A DNA stretch of 64,000 nt from Octopus vulgaris (GCA_951406725.2 OX597816.1:111476001-111540000); one strand, 5' to 3'. Positions 9,819 to 23,819 are shown, numbered from the stretch's first letter. Notes: a model not told the origin generated them from the letters alone. A program made the numbers and translations.

Positions 9819-11752
9819 TACTTAGAAGTAAAAGTAATTTATCTTACTAAACTTAGACAGTTACATTTTCTGAATTTCATTCTTGAGATAAAACATATAA
9901 TGATAACACATATACAAGAGAATGTTGAATGGCAAAGCTTCATCTAATATTGCTGGAAAATATTTTGATATATGAAGTCAAATTTTGTGGCAAAGTCTAT
10001 AAATTTGGTGGAGATGATCCCTCTTCTGATAAATAAATGTTGCTGATAGAGGATGTATAGAAAGCAAAGCTAGATTTTAACTCTAACTAGAATTATTTTT
10101 GAGATGAAATATTAATGGCTAAAATTAGTAATCAATACTACATGTTAACTTTACCATTTTCACTTTACATACAGCAATCTATAATATATGAGTGGAACTC
10201 TGAGATTACATCATCTGACAGTATATCAGAGTAGCAGAGATTCAAACAACTAATCACAAACAAATTCTATATTTTCTCTCAAATCACAAAACTCAGACTC
10301 AGCTTATTCAATGATACTTTTCTTTAAACCTTCAAAAGTTGTTATTTAGAAGACAAAATATGCAGTAAGTCTTAGAAATAATCCACCTACATTCATAGGT
10401 GTAGACAGGAGTATGTGGTCAAAAAGAGCACTTTGCAGACTCTAGATTTCATTTCATTTTGTATCAAATTTGGTTCATGTTTTGCAGAATATTGTAGGTG
10501 TGAACAATATTTTGTAAGTGGAATTTGATTGAGAGAAAATATACAGAAGTCCAACACATATAAACACACACATCCACACTTACAAGCATGTTGTACATAT
10601 ATAATATGTGTGCATATCAGACACATACAAGCATGCATAGATGACAAACAGACAGACAAATAGATAAATGGATGGCTGGATGGACGGATGGTCACATGAT
10701 TGTGAGATAAAAGGTTTGCTTCCCAGCTACATGGTTCTGAGTTGAGTCCAACTGTGTGGTACTTTGGGCTAGAGTTTTCTCATGTAAAATTCGTGCTTAA
10801 AAGTTTTCAGAATTGCTGATACATTCAGGGTAAAAAGGTTTTCGATTTAGTTGTATTTAGTATAACTTCACTTATTTATGATTAGATTTTATTAAATCTT
10901 CATTAGATAAAAATAATTTCTGTATCACATTGAAAGCTTACAAAGTGTTTGTGTTGTTTATGATAAACTTTATTTTACATTTCTTGCCCACAAGAGACTA
11001 TATCCGATCTTTAGCATACTGCTGTATGTCTACTCAAATCCCGATCACAGGAAAAGTTGTTGATAAGAGTTGCCAACAAAAATAAAGCTGATAAATATGC
11101 ACAGGTATTGCAAATTAAGTTTAATTACCAATAAACATCAGGTTGCATGACACTTTACTCAACTGACAGAGGAAGGTAACCAATCAAACTGATTATGTAA
11201 ACAGAATTCATTTCCACCTATTCTTCTTGGAACCTTTGATCCAGAGTATCAAAATTTTAATCTCTTTCACACTTATAAAATGTCAAGCAAACTTAAAAGT
11301 TTGCCATTACCATTATTGTCAGTATGAGCAGAACTTGTGAATCAATTACTGTGAAGGAGAAATTGAATATGTGCTCCATTGCGATAGGCAGAAATTCCAA
11401 ACAATGTAAGATATGGTCCAGACTGTGTTTACCAGCATGAACATCAGACTTCAAAGACTAATTAACCATTTAATGGTTTTAGTAAATTTATACAGAAAAA
11501 GTAAGCATTATACCATCCAGCATAAATAAAAGCCAACTTCATTATACATATTTAAGCCATAATTTTTTCTGTAAAAACCTGTTCTGACATTAGATGAGTT
11601 AACTTCCAGTATAAATTTTTACGTTATGTATTGTCTTTTTACAACAAAAAAAATTTCACAAAATTCTGGAAACGATCTACTCGTAATTTATGCACCCGCT
11701 AAAGTTTATTTTTATTTTTGCAGAAAAAAGTGCGTAAATTACATGGGATTTT

Positions 11753-11795
<43 letters not shown>

Positions 11796-11844
11796 AGTGG
11801 GGTGCATGTGTACGAATTTGTGCCCTCTTGTCATGACAGTTGTC

Positions 11845-12700
11845 CACAAGCTGGCTGTGGATAAATGTACCACCATGCATTTTGAGAGGAGAAACCCAGC
11901 ATCCACTTACTCCCTCCACAACACTAATCTCAAAAAGTCTTCGTGTGAACGTGACCTGGGTGTTATTGTCGACAGTGATTTGCATTAGACAAAACACATC
12001 GCTAAAATTGCCAAGAAGGCTGAGGGTGTCTTGGCATCACTCACCAAGTCCTTTGTGAGCCGCTCTCTGGCTATCTATCTGCGGCTTTATATAGCTTTGG
12101 TAAGACCTCACCTGGAATTTGCATCACCGGTCTGGAACCTCTATCTTGCCCAGGATATTAATTGTCTGGAAGCCATTCAGCGACGTGCAACCAAAAGAAT
12201 ACCCTCCATCAGGCATTTGCCATATTCTGAATGCCTTACTTCCCTGGGCATGGACACATTGAAACTCCAACGTCTGGCAGCTGACTTGGCAGACACCCAT
12301 AAAATTATTAACCATCTTACAAACAATAACTCTGAGCACCTTTTCAAACTCCATCCGTCTAACACCCATGGACCTATTTACAAAGTCAGAAAACAGCACA
12401 GCTCCCATGACTTTAGAAACATTTTTTCACGCTGAGAGTTGCTGAAGCATGGATCAAACTGCTGGCATCAGTTGTTAGTTGTTGGAGCACTGCATCCTTC
12501 AAAACTTCCATGCTTTCTGAGATTCACCAACACTACACCTGATTTTCTCCCCTCCATACACACACAAGCATGTATCTGACTCATACATTGTTCGCTTTCC
12601 AGACATTTGTACATTACTGTATATACTTTATACGCACTTTCTGACAAGTTGTGGTGCACCTGAGCACTGTATACAATAATTTAATTATTATTAAATTATT
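11845..12700 (+). mobile_element. CR1-like LINE 3' fragment (RT C-terminus plus 3' UTR)
   Basis: ERDLGVIVDSDL*...LYIALVRPHLEFASPVWN...EAIQRRATKRIP...LPYSECL. Ends in an ATT-rich tail. Confidence 0.85.
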
Positions 12701-13699
12701 ATCACTGTGATATAAGCAGTGTCATTCATTTCTAATATTCTGTGACATGTTTAGCTATGGAGAAATAAAACCTTGCTCAGAAACAGTTGAAGGTTGGCAA
12801 CAGGAAGGGCATCTGATCAAAGACAATCTGCTTCACATTCCATCTGATCCATGCAAACATTGAATAGTGAATGCTAGTTGATGATGATGAAGCAGCTACT
12901 GTGGCTGTCACTTGCAATCAAGGATGACTGAATACCATGAATCAGTCTTTTCACTTATTGCTTTTGATACCTACATAGTTGTTAGCAGACATAAACCACA
13001 CTCTCACCTCAACTCCATTGAAACATCTAAAATGTGACAGCTAGAGGGTGAGAGGGTTGCACCAACTTCTAGCTGGTATCCTTTTCAGTTGAGTAGGCTG
13101 GTGCAATACAGAGTGAAGTACACTGCACAGGGACACAATTTGCTCCATGGCCAAGGAATCAAATCAAAAATCATAAATGTGTAATCACAAGTCTAATGCC
13201 CTTAGCATTAGGCCAAATACTTTCCCTTACACTCACACACATATTGAGTACATGAGTGTGTATGTGTATAAACATGCATTCATGTATGCATACATACATA
13301 TACGCATGCATAAATACTTACATAATTATGAAATAAACTGAACAATGACATACATACTTACATACATAATCATGAAACTGAACAATGATATACATACATA
13401 CGTAGATACATACTTACGGACATGATTGCCTCATCTTATCGAGTGATAGCTATTTAACATTAAATTATAGTGAGACATCTGTATATCGTTGGATTTAAGT
13501 GAGACAAGCTTGAACAAATTTTGCCACACTCTCAATCATCATAGCAGATTTCAATGACAATCATTGCAAGACGATTGATACAATTCTGGTGGCAAGTTTT
13601 ATGTATCAAAGTATCTTTCTCTTAAAAGAGCTGCCTTCCCATGACTTTGACAAAAATAATGGGAGCCTCCTCTACTCCTGGGAAATCTATTCAACCCAC

Positions 13700-13852
13700 G
13701 GATGGGAACCTGACAGGTACTGCCATTCTGGATCAGATCAGGCCTGGGAATGATGGTAATTAAGGGGCTGACTCCACACTTCCAAAAGATTCCAGAACTC
13801 AAAAACTGGAGCCTCACCACCAGTTGTAGTTTAATATCATAGCCAGGACACA
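13700..13852 (-). mobile_element. Retroposon (SINE-like) fragment
   Basis: Reverse complement gtgtcctggctatgatattaaactacaactggtggtgaggctccag...gtgtggagtcagcccc looks like a dispersed repeat body. Family not assigned. Confidence 0.45.
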
Positions 13853-14024
13853 TAGCTACCTACCTACCTACCTACCTAAATAGATAGATACATACATACA
13901 TGCATCATATATACATACATATATACATACACCCATACATACGTGTATGCGTGCATACATCCATACATCCATCCATCCATCCATCCATCCATCCATACAT
14001 ACATACATACATACATACATACAT

Positions 14025-14930
14025 ACAAGTAAGAAACCACAGTATGGTAGACGCCATAGTCAGTCATAATAAAAAGGCGTACTGGTGGAATGTTCCAATG
14101 AAAGCATCAATAAAATGTAAGCTCAACAGACCTGATATAAGGATTTGGGATAGAGAAGAGAAACTGTGCACAGTTGTGGAAATCAGCTGTTCAACAGATG
14201 TTAACATAAAGCTGAAGATCAGTGAAAAAGAGAACACCTATGCTAAACTATTGAGAAATCTGCATTTACACTATACAGATTACAAGTTCAGGCTTATACA
14301 TATATTTATTGGGGCCCTGTGATATGTAACACACTGCCTAAATACCAATCTTGAGAAATTAGGCTTCTCAAAACCAAAAAAGAGATTCGAAGACTACAGA
14401 TCCAATCCATCACTGGAACTGTAAAAATCTGTAAAACTTTCCAGAAGTTTATCATTTAAGTATATATAAGCATGTCAAGATGTGCAACTATATGTATGAA
14501 AATACTTACATAAAACAAAACATATGAATCTGCATGTATACAAACATACATACATACAAAAATACCCGGTTGATTCGTTGAAATTTCAATGAAAGAGTCT
14601 TGCATCTAGGTAAGAAACCAGCACTTTCTTTATTGGTTAGAAATCTTGAAATAAAACTGAATGACATACATACATACATACATACATATGTACATACATA
14701 AATATATATGAGTATGTTTAGATATTTAGATATGCAACTATGTGCGTGAGAATACATATATAAAATATACATATCTGCACATACACATACATACATACAT
14801 ACATACAAAAATACTCTGTTGTTGATGTTGAAATTCCAATGAAGGAGCCTTAGATCTATGTTAGAAACCGGTTCTTTCTCTATTGGCAAGAAATCTTGAA
14901 ATAAACTGAATAATGATATACATACATACA
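14025..14930 (+). mobile_element. R4-clade-like (REL endonuclease) LINE 3' fragment with duplicated 3' UTR in (ATAC)n
   Basis: YWWNVPMKASIKCKLNRPDIRIWDREEKLCTVVEISC...ENTY...IFIGAL carries RPD..E REL motifs. Two 3' UTR copies each end in aaatcttgaaata(a)aactgaat followed by (ATAC)n. Confidence 0.75.
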
Positions 14931-16049
14931 TCTGTAAACACATGTGTATATTTATGCCTATCTATATCTGTGTTTGCACCAGTTCAAAATCCTGTGGTTT
15001 TTAATTTTGTTCTTCATTGTGACCTGTAACTTAGTACAGGAATTTCCATTCCTTTTCAGTCTGCTGCAGGTTGAATATTGCACTGAAAGTGTTATGGTCT
15101 ACCACCAGCTTTCTGAAACTGCTATTACTGAAAAGAATCAGTAGTAAAATACTTTTGAAGTAATGATGGAAGCTCATATTGCACTTTGTTGCCAAGAAAC
15201 ATATATGCATCTATATGGTGCATTGAAAAAACAATCAGGTTTTCTAAATTTTTTTCACAGACTTCAAAAACTTAATGTAAACCTGTGGACTAAACATGGC
15301 AAACATGTGTACCCAAAGTGTGGTTAAAATCCTCTAGCATAGTGTTTTGATAGAGCTTTATAAAATTAGTACCAGAGAAAATAAGTACTGAAGTTTATAT
15401 GGTTAACTGGATTCTGTCAATGAGTGGAGCCTGTACTAGAATATTGGTTTCAAATTTTAGCACAGGAGCAGCAATTTTAGGGGAGGGGTAAGTCACTTAC
15501 ACTAAACCCAGTATTCAACTTGTACTTATTTTATTGATCCCAAAGGGATGAAAAGCAAAGTCAGCCTTAGTAGAGTTTGAATCCAGAACATAAGTATTGA
15601 CAAAATGCCACTAAGCATTTTGTCTGATGAGCTAACAATTCCGCCAACTCACTGTCTTAGTATGTAGAAAAATAATGATAATGAATTACTTAATCCTGGT
15701 CTTAAAAAATATCTGCATTTTAGCAGGATCACATAAAGATAACTAGTTAATAAATGCATGCTTGTTAGAGACTACATTTTAATGATTACGTATATGGTAA
15801 TCAACAAGGGAAGCACCCCTATAAATGCAGAGATGTATTAAACTGAATACTTAAGTTTTTCTTATCTTTCAGTCAGGAGGTAAGGAAGTGTTCATAACCT
15901 TTTTATAGGGTCTTTGAGATAGGTAGGAGTGAGGGAGGGATGAAGATATCCTCAAAGTAGAAATTGGTGTGAATGCTTGCTGTACAGTGGACTCCTCAAA
16001 AGGCAAATCAGTTTCCAGGTGGTGATGCAAAAGTGGGTGATGAATTCTT

Positions 16050-16553
16050 GCCTGGCCCCCGTGCCATTGGCACGTAAAAGCACCATCCTCCCGTGTCTGT
16101 TGCCAGCCTCGCCTGGCCCCCGTGCCGGTAGCACGTAAAAGCACCATCCATTCGTGTCCATTGCCAGCCTCGACTGGCCCCCATGCCGGTAGCACATAAA
16201 AGCACCATCCGTTCATGTCCATTGCCAGCCTCGCCTGGCCCCCGTGCCAGTAGCACGTAAAAGCACCATCCATTTGTGTCCGTTGCCAGCCTCGCCTGGC
16301 CCCCGTGCCGGTAGCACGTAAAAGCACCATCCGTTCGTGGCCATTTGCCAGCTCTGTCTGGCACCTGTGCAGGTGGCACGTAAAAAGCACCCACTACACT
16401 CACGGAGTGGTTGGCGTTAGGAAGGGCATCCAGCCGTAGAAACACTGCCAAATCTGACTGGGCCTGATGAAGCCTTCCGGCTTCACAGACCCCAGTTAAA
16501 CCGTCCAACCCATGCTAGCATGGAAAATGGACGCTAAATGATGATGATGATGA
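16050..16553 (+). mobile_element. RTE LINE 3' UTR with ~60-bp tandem repeats
   Basis: About 5 units of cctggcccccgtgccggtagcacgtaaaagcaccatccgttcgtgtccattgccagcctcg, then the family tail and (GAT)n. Confidence 0.8.
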
Positions 16554-16768
16554 TTGAAGTGAACAACATCAGGATTTGAACTCAGAATGAGTTGGAACAA
16601 ATACTGCAAGACATCAAATCTAATGTTGTTACACTTCTATCAATCAATGGCCCCAGTTTGGTATATTTTTATTAATCTCAAAAATATAGAAGTCCTAGAT
16701 GACTTTGGCAGGATTTGAGTTCAGAGCATCATAGAAAGTGGGAATAAAAAGCACAAGGATCACAAAGC

Positions 16769-17278
16769 TGTCTGTAGCATTAGCAGGGCAGTCGAATTAC
16801 TTCGCCCCAGCATAGTAGCACACTGGTGCTGCATTCCACCGTTCTTTAAAAGCTAACAGCAGAGGAAGACACATGACGACTTCTGCCCAGAGTAACAGCG
16901 CGCTTTTTAAAGTCGCTGTCTAAATGCTGGACCGTTAACATCTGGTCCCTTTCATCGCTGCTTTACTTTATCCCATTCAGATGTAGACACTAATCTATCA
17001 ATGAGCTTGTGGTTCGTCTGGCTCAACACGCTGTTGGATTTCTGCCTCATCTCACTACCACTTCAACTTATTGGATATTTTAGATTTGCTGCCAAGTACT
17101 GCAATTAACTACTCTGATGTGCATTAGGTTAGGGAATTAACTTATGCCCCCTACACCCTATTGTCTTGTACACTTATCTCTGTTGTGCCCGATACTTCAT
17201 GTGTGAGCAAGGAATAAATTATGTTTGTTAATCAAAAGCATTACCTTCTGATTTTTATCGTTACTTTTGTGTAAAACA
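16769..17278 (+). mobile_element. Putative solo LTR
   Basis: TGT...ACA ends, ~510 bp, CpG-richer than flanks, AATAAA near the 3' end, imperfect aagc/agc flanking duplication. Appears to interrupt an old SINE. Confidence 0.4.
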
Positions 17279-20200
17279 AGCATTTATGCATTTCAAACCT
17301 TCTTACGTGCACACATCTAAATATACTTCCAAAACTGGCAAAGCCCAACTCTTAATTTACTTTTTGTTATCCAACACCAGACAACTCTGCCTATTCCTTT
17401 CCTAACCTCTATTACTTGCTTTATTTGTGGATCCAGCTTTCTTAACCTATAAATGTATTTGTGGTTTCTCTTTTACCTTTTCACCATACTCTTTCACAAG
17501 TATCCAATGTAGATGAAATTAACTCCTCAAAATAGAATATCTGAGGTTGTTCATAACTGATTGAACAATTAATTAACATACATTTCATTAAAAAGAAATG
17601 GGATCGATGCCAGCCAGAACTTAATTACTGATCTAACTAGACTTTTGGTAGCAAATTTACAGCAGATGGTGTCTTTTACTCATCATGGAAGCTGAACGTC
17701 TATTAACACTTATATGATCATTGTCTGACAGGTAATTAGTTATCACTTATAGAAATAGCAAACTTATTCCTATATGTTCAGTGAGATCTAACAAATACAA
17801 GAAAGAGAAAATTATACTTGAATACAATGATTTTGAAATTATAAATAATTTATTTTGTTCTTTTTCTTTTCTCATTTGAATTGCTCTGATCACATTCTAA
17901 ATACAGATGAGCAATGCAGAAGTTGACTAATAACTTTATATTAATAAATAGTTAATATGTATGAGAAATAAAGTTGTCAATCAAATATTTTTGTGAAGAC
18001 TGAAAACACAATAAAAAAGTTTTTTTTTTTTTTTAATGAAGGATCTTCATATTAATTTGCTTTACACAAACTCATGTTTTACATAAATACCCAATATTGC
18101 TACGAGCAATATTTTCCATTTGCAAAGTAATATTTTATTTATAATATGAAAAATCTAAAGAATAGATATCAATATGAAAAGGCAACTTTATTACTGATGT
18201 AAAATTTTCACTTAATATAAAACAAATTACAAAAAAAAAAAATGAACGCAAAATATTTTATTCAAAAATCGCAAAATGTGAAAATATTCTAAAATACGAG
18301 AAAATGAATCTCTATACTCTAAATAATACAAAATCTACACAAATTAAAGAAAGATATTTGAAAATAATTAGAAAAACTTTCAGCACTTGATTACTGCTAC
18401 AATTTTTATTTGCTCCCTGTATATGATGTGGTTTAGTTTAATATGTATCTTGTTTGTATCTGTGTGTAACATCTTAATCTAAGATATAGAACTGAGTGCT
18501 AGACGTAAATATTTTACAAGCAGCTTAATTTCCTGGTGAGAGATTCAAGGAAATTGTTAGATCTCAGTTTCTCATAAATAGTTTAGTGAAATATTTCAGT
18601 TACTGGAAAAGAACTAAGGTTAAGAAAGAGAATTTTCTTTTGGCTTATTCACTTTAGAAGGTTAAATTCCAGTTTACATTTTTGTTTATTCAGTTTGTTA
18701 TTTATTTTAAGCTGTAAGTTTTCCAGAAATATCTTTTACTGATGCCATCATCATCATCATAATCACCACCACCACTACCATGAGCAATTGCAGCAACGTC
18801 ACCACAACCTCCACCATCCATCATCATCATCATCATTTAACATTCTGAGTTCAAATCTCACAGAAATTGATTTTGCTTTTCATCTTTCTGAGGTTAATAA
18901 AATAAATACCTGTGCATAAAATGAGGAAATAAGGAAAGGGTTGATGTAATTAGCAATATCTCCAGAAGGTGTGACTCCATCATTGTCCTAGTCCAAGGAC
19001 AAAATTCAATAAAGTGACTAATGACGAATCTAAGTAAGGAAATTACTTAGATTCTGCTTACTTTATTTCAGATAGCCAAGGATATTTAAGAGAGGTGAGA
19101 GTTTCTTTTGACTCAGCACAAAGTTATATGTAAGAAATTTAGATAAGACGAAATGAGAACCAGTGGTGCTCAATTCTTTCTCGTGTTATTAGAGATGTAA
19201 ATTTTAAAACGTTGCAACTACAAAATGAAACCTTGCTTTAATGTTTAAAGTTTCTGATCTGTAACATCCCTGAGGCTATAAATAAGATGAAAAAGCCAAT
19301 GTCTGAAACCTTTCCTGATTGTTTGACCTATAACAAGAACCATCTAAATCCTTCTTTAATCCTACTTTGCCACTTCAAAGGAAGACCAGCAAATGTTGAA
19401 CAATGTAGTCTTACATATCTTTAAAAAGACAATGTAATTTTACATCTGCATAATCAGAGCCATCTTAAAGTTAAACAAATTGTATTACCATTATCATTTA
19501 ACGTCTTTGTTCCATGTTGGCATGGGTTGGATGGTTTGACAGGATCTGAAGTGTCCAAAGACTGCATCAAGCTCCAATGTTTGCTTTTGCATGATTTTTA
19601 TGTCTGGCTGCTCTTCCTAATGCATTACAATGAGGACTGGACCCTTTTTCATGTGACCTGCACTATTGACATTGCCATGCAGTTTGTGTGTGGGGGGGAG
19701 GTAGGGGATTCAACTTCATGCTAGAGGTTGAGGAGGGATCTGTATGGTTGATCACATCAATGTGCATTAGAGGGAAAATAATGTAAAAATACTTGAAAAA
19801 GGAACAGATGAATAGTTTCCTTCTTGTTAATGACTCAACTATTTATAAAGGAAAAGAAAGTATCAACAAGTTATTACATTCTACCATTCAAAATGAAAAT
19901 ATTTGCAAAAACACTATGGTTAAGAAGACCAGAACACAACCACTTGGGTTTGGGAGTGACTCCATTGCATAGCAGCTTTGGCAATTGTAGCTTAAGCTAA
20001 CCAATATTTTGTAATTGGAATGTGGTAGGTGGAAATTGTTTGGAAGCTTGTTGCTATGACGGATAACTTAGCAGTTTGACAACTATTGAATCCTGAAATA
20101 AATACTAGAATTGATGAAACCCTCCAAGATGCTGCCCATGCATTGATAAAATCTAATAATTGACTGAAACAAGTAAAAGATTATAGAGCTGGACAGGTTA

Positions 20201-20605
20201 AAGGTTATAATTTAACACTACCCCCGAAGATAAAGGTTTTATATTCTGCAGTAATCCTAAAATTTAAGAACTGCATGGTGCAATATTTGACACAAGATAA
20301 ACAGTAAATATTTACATTTGTGTCAGAGAAGCCTTAAAAGTACGTATGGATGATTAAGAGAATCAACATTAAAATAACAGAGTAGTACATATGGTTATTA
20401 TTACAATCGGAGAGATAAGGAGAGAGAGTATAAAGTGTAATAAAACAAGTTGATCTTGTTAATCCTTCATTGTGTAGCATATCTATAATGCAAAGTGATA
20501 AGAAGTTATTTTGATGTTATATCTAGTAGAGGTAGCAAGCTGGCAGAATCATTAGCACACCAGACAAAAAAGCTTAGCAGCATTTTGTCCTCTTTATGTT
20601 TTGTG

Positions 20606-20910
20606 AAGGCACAGGGCTCAGGGGTTAAAGTGTCAAGCTCACAATCATGAGGTAGTGTGTTCAATTCCTGGACCAGGCCGTGTGTTGTTCTTGAGCCAGA
20701 ACATTGCTCCAGTTCACCCAGTTGAAGAAATGAGCAACAACGTTACTTTGCCTTTGCTTCGGATAATATTGGTGGCATGGAGAGGGAAGGCTGGTTTTCA
20801 TGGGAGACTGCCGGTCTTCCATGAACAATCTTGTCGGAACTTGTGCTTTGGAGGGAAACGTTTTAGGTGCAATCCCATGGTCATTCATGGCCGAAGAGTG
20901 TCTTTACCCT
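20606..20910 (+). mobile_element. tRNA-derived SINE
   Basis: ggctcaggggttaaagtgtcaagctcacaatcatgaggtagtgtgttcaattcctggacc (A/B boxes), followed by the body. Confidence 0.65.
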
Positions 20911-21069
20911 TTTTTTTATCTAGTAGATTGAGTTATAATGTAAAGATTCCTTTGATTAGGAAAACATGAAATTGCTGCTATTTAACTCCCAAGTCAGCTC
21001 TGATTGAACATATCTATGAGTAAAAGTGATTCAGCTATTATCATCATGTTATTTTGTATATCTAGGACT

Positions 21070-22130
21070 ATGTGCTTTCAATTATCTAAGATGACTGTGA
21101 GTAATTTGATGAAGATCATTTTGAGGAATTTTTTGAAAGATGCAATATTCTGACAGCTAATAACTGTTGTATTTAGTTCATTCCATGCTTCAACAATTTG
21201 GGGTATCAAAATTTTCCAAAAGTCATGGATTCTAAGATAGTTTTTGATTTTATAAGAATGCCCTTGGATATTGAGTTCAAAAAAGCAGGTATTTTTGCTA
21301 CTGAAAATGTGGTAGATAATCTTGTGGATTTCTACAAAATCAGCTGCCAGAAATTGAAGTGTTATGTGTTGATGTCCAGTGAATCAAGACATTCAAGATA
21401 AGGTGAGTGACAGATGGAGATATTTGTTTAGTTGTATTGGAAGCTGAACAGCTTCCAATAGATTGATATTCTAGACAAGATGGGGGATTTAGGTTGAAGA
21501 TGCAAACTATGTGAACATGCCACAGCTTCATATATAGCTTTAAATAATTAGCTGGTGAACAGCTGACGCTTTTCACCTTTTTGATGAATTTATTAATGAA
21601 GTTCATCTAATGAAGATCATTGTTGACAATAATGTGGTCGTGTTTACCAGCAGACTTTTTTAGGTTAGTGTTGTAGAAGGAGAAGGTAAATTCTGAATAT
21701 TTGGATTTGTCTACAGCCTGCTTGAATTACCAGTCACTGCTGCATTACAGGTAAGTGTATAGGAACATAGTAACTTGTTTAAGTTGGAATCTGTTTTGTC
21801 ATTATATACAACATGAAACGGGGGAACCATGAAAATATCCTTGCAGGGCACTAGATGTAATTGCAAAGGATGCTATTACCATGACTACCTCTTTTTTGAC
21901 CAAGAATGGAACATTTCAATCAATCATAAAGATCAGCCCTCATGCCCGTTGCGGATTAGGTTTGTCATTAGTCATTTGTGAGACACAGAATTAAAAACTT
22001 TGTCAAAGTCAAAATCGATAACATCCACCCATTAAAATGTCATCTGTGATTCAGATGATATCTTCAAGAAATTTGATTAGTTGGTCATAGGAGTTGGAGT
22101 TAGAGATAAGATGTAGATTAATCTCTTCTG
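21070..22130 (-). mobile_element. Highly decayed CR1-like LINE (RT region)
   Basis: Reverse complement gives TNLIKFLEDI..VDVIDFDFDKVF and a GVPQG..LGP..F.LYIND-like segment. Nucleotide similarity to the 11845 copy (caacactaacctaaaaaagtct). Confidence 0.6.
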
Positions 22131-22799
22131 GTTTCTGCCCTCAGATGCTGTCGTCCAGCTTTAAGTATCAACATCAACTCACTTCATGTTATGTGTATCC
22201 ATAACCGTGCACCTCAGCCAAGATCTACCTTAATTTCTCATATCCTATACAACCATTAAACTAGATGTAGAAACTTAAAATTATGAGGTATAAACTAAAA
22301 TATTTTAAAATTTGCCCACTGGCTCTCTACCTTCTGCACTGTTTCCAGCTGAATTTTAAATATAAAACAGCCATGATTTTATTCAGTAATTTTGTGTGTG
22401 TTTCTCTGTGTGTGCCTGCATGTGTCTATGTGTATGTGTGTATATGAAATGGAAAATGGAAAACATTTGGCGATTTCACATTTAGTTTGTTAAAGTAAGG
22501 TGAAAATTGCCATCATTATGCATATTAAATTATACATGTTTAATGAAGCAGTGGCTGAATAATTGATGAAGTCATCAGAGAATTAAGCAATGAGACATCT
22601 GGAGCAGAGAATGATGGAGTGAGAGAGGAAGAGAGATTGTCAGATTGATTGATGTCTTTAAACGATGTATAGAGTTGGGGATGAAGTAGGACAGATAGAA
22701 ACCTAGACTCATTGTGACTGAAATAAAGTGGAATATATAGCAAGGGTGAAACAGAAATTTAGTGAGTGCATGAATGAACTAAATAGTAAGAGAAATTTA

Positions 22800-23042
22800 G
22801 TGAGAAAAAGAGCTACAAACAGAGATAAATAGATAGATAGATAGGTAGGTAGTAGGTAGGGAGGGAGGGAGGGAGAGACGTAAGTAGACAGACAAACAGA
22901 AAGAGACAGAAAGACAGACAGACAGGTAAGTTGATAGATAGGTAGGTAGGTTGATAGGTAGGTAGGTAGGTAGGTAAGTAGGTAGGTCGATAGGTAGATA
23001 AATAGATAGATAGATGGATAGATAGATAGATAGATAGATAGG

Positions 23043-23081
<39 letters not shown>

Positions 23082-23165
23082 ATAGACAGACAAGCAAACA
23101 GAGACAGACAGACATAGATAGATGAAGAAATACATATATTAATAGACACACAGGTAGATAGATAT
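22800..23165. repeat. (AGAT)n/(AGGT)n/(AGAC)n compound microsatellite
   Basis: Directly visible. Confidence 0.95.
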
Positions 23166-23724
23166 GATCATACATATAGCAGTATTTACCAGAGGTTCCC
23201 AACATTTTCAATGCCAAAGTTCCACTTTATTGAAATGAATCTTCCCATAGACTCCTACATTTGAAAAGTCTGTCTACTTCAATAAGCCAGTTTTATTACT
23301 TAAAAACGAACTAGTTTTTCCAGTTTCATCACCCAGTTGAAAGACACATGTAACTAATAGTAATATGCAGCTAAGGATGTATATATATTATGCTTCCGAT
23401 TTTTTGATTTTCTAACACTAGTCATACACATGAAAACTTTTATGAACCATGAGGAGTTTGCAAACCCCAAGATAAGAGCTGCTTTTATATAGATGTTTCA
23501 ACTATATTACTAAAAGAAAATAGCTCAGAGTGTGTTCTGCATACAAATACAATTGCAATACGGTTTCACATTATACAATATTGCGAGTCATGACACTTCA
23601 ATCACCTGATATTATCCATGCATTTAATAAAGAAAACTCGCTTTAGGCATGTTTGAAGTTTAAAATGCAAGATTTCAGAATTAAGAATATATATATGCAT
23701 ATAAATACATACATACATACATAC

Positions 23725-23782
<58 letters not shown>

Positions 23783-23819
23783 GCACAAACATACATATAT
23801 ATAGATAGATAGATATATA

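Noticed and set aside
10775-11760. Possible pogo-like remnant
   Set aside because: Only one TIR-like end and a faint HTH-like peptide. Too decayed to call.
15869-16508. Repetitive 166-173 aa ORFs
   Set aside because: Antisense translations of the RTE 3' UTR tandem array.
23190-23481. hAT/Charlie-like MITE (cagaggttcccaac...)
   Set aside because: Right TIR and TSD are not convincingly identifiable.
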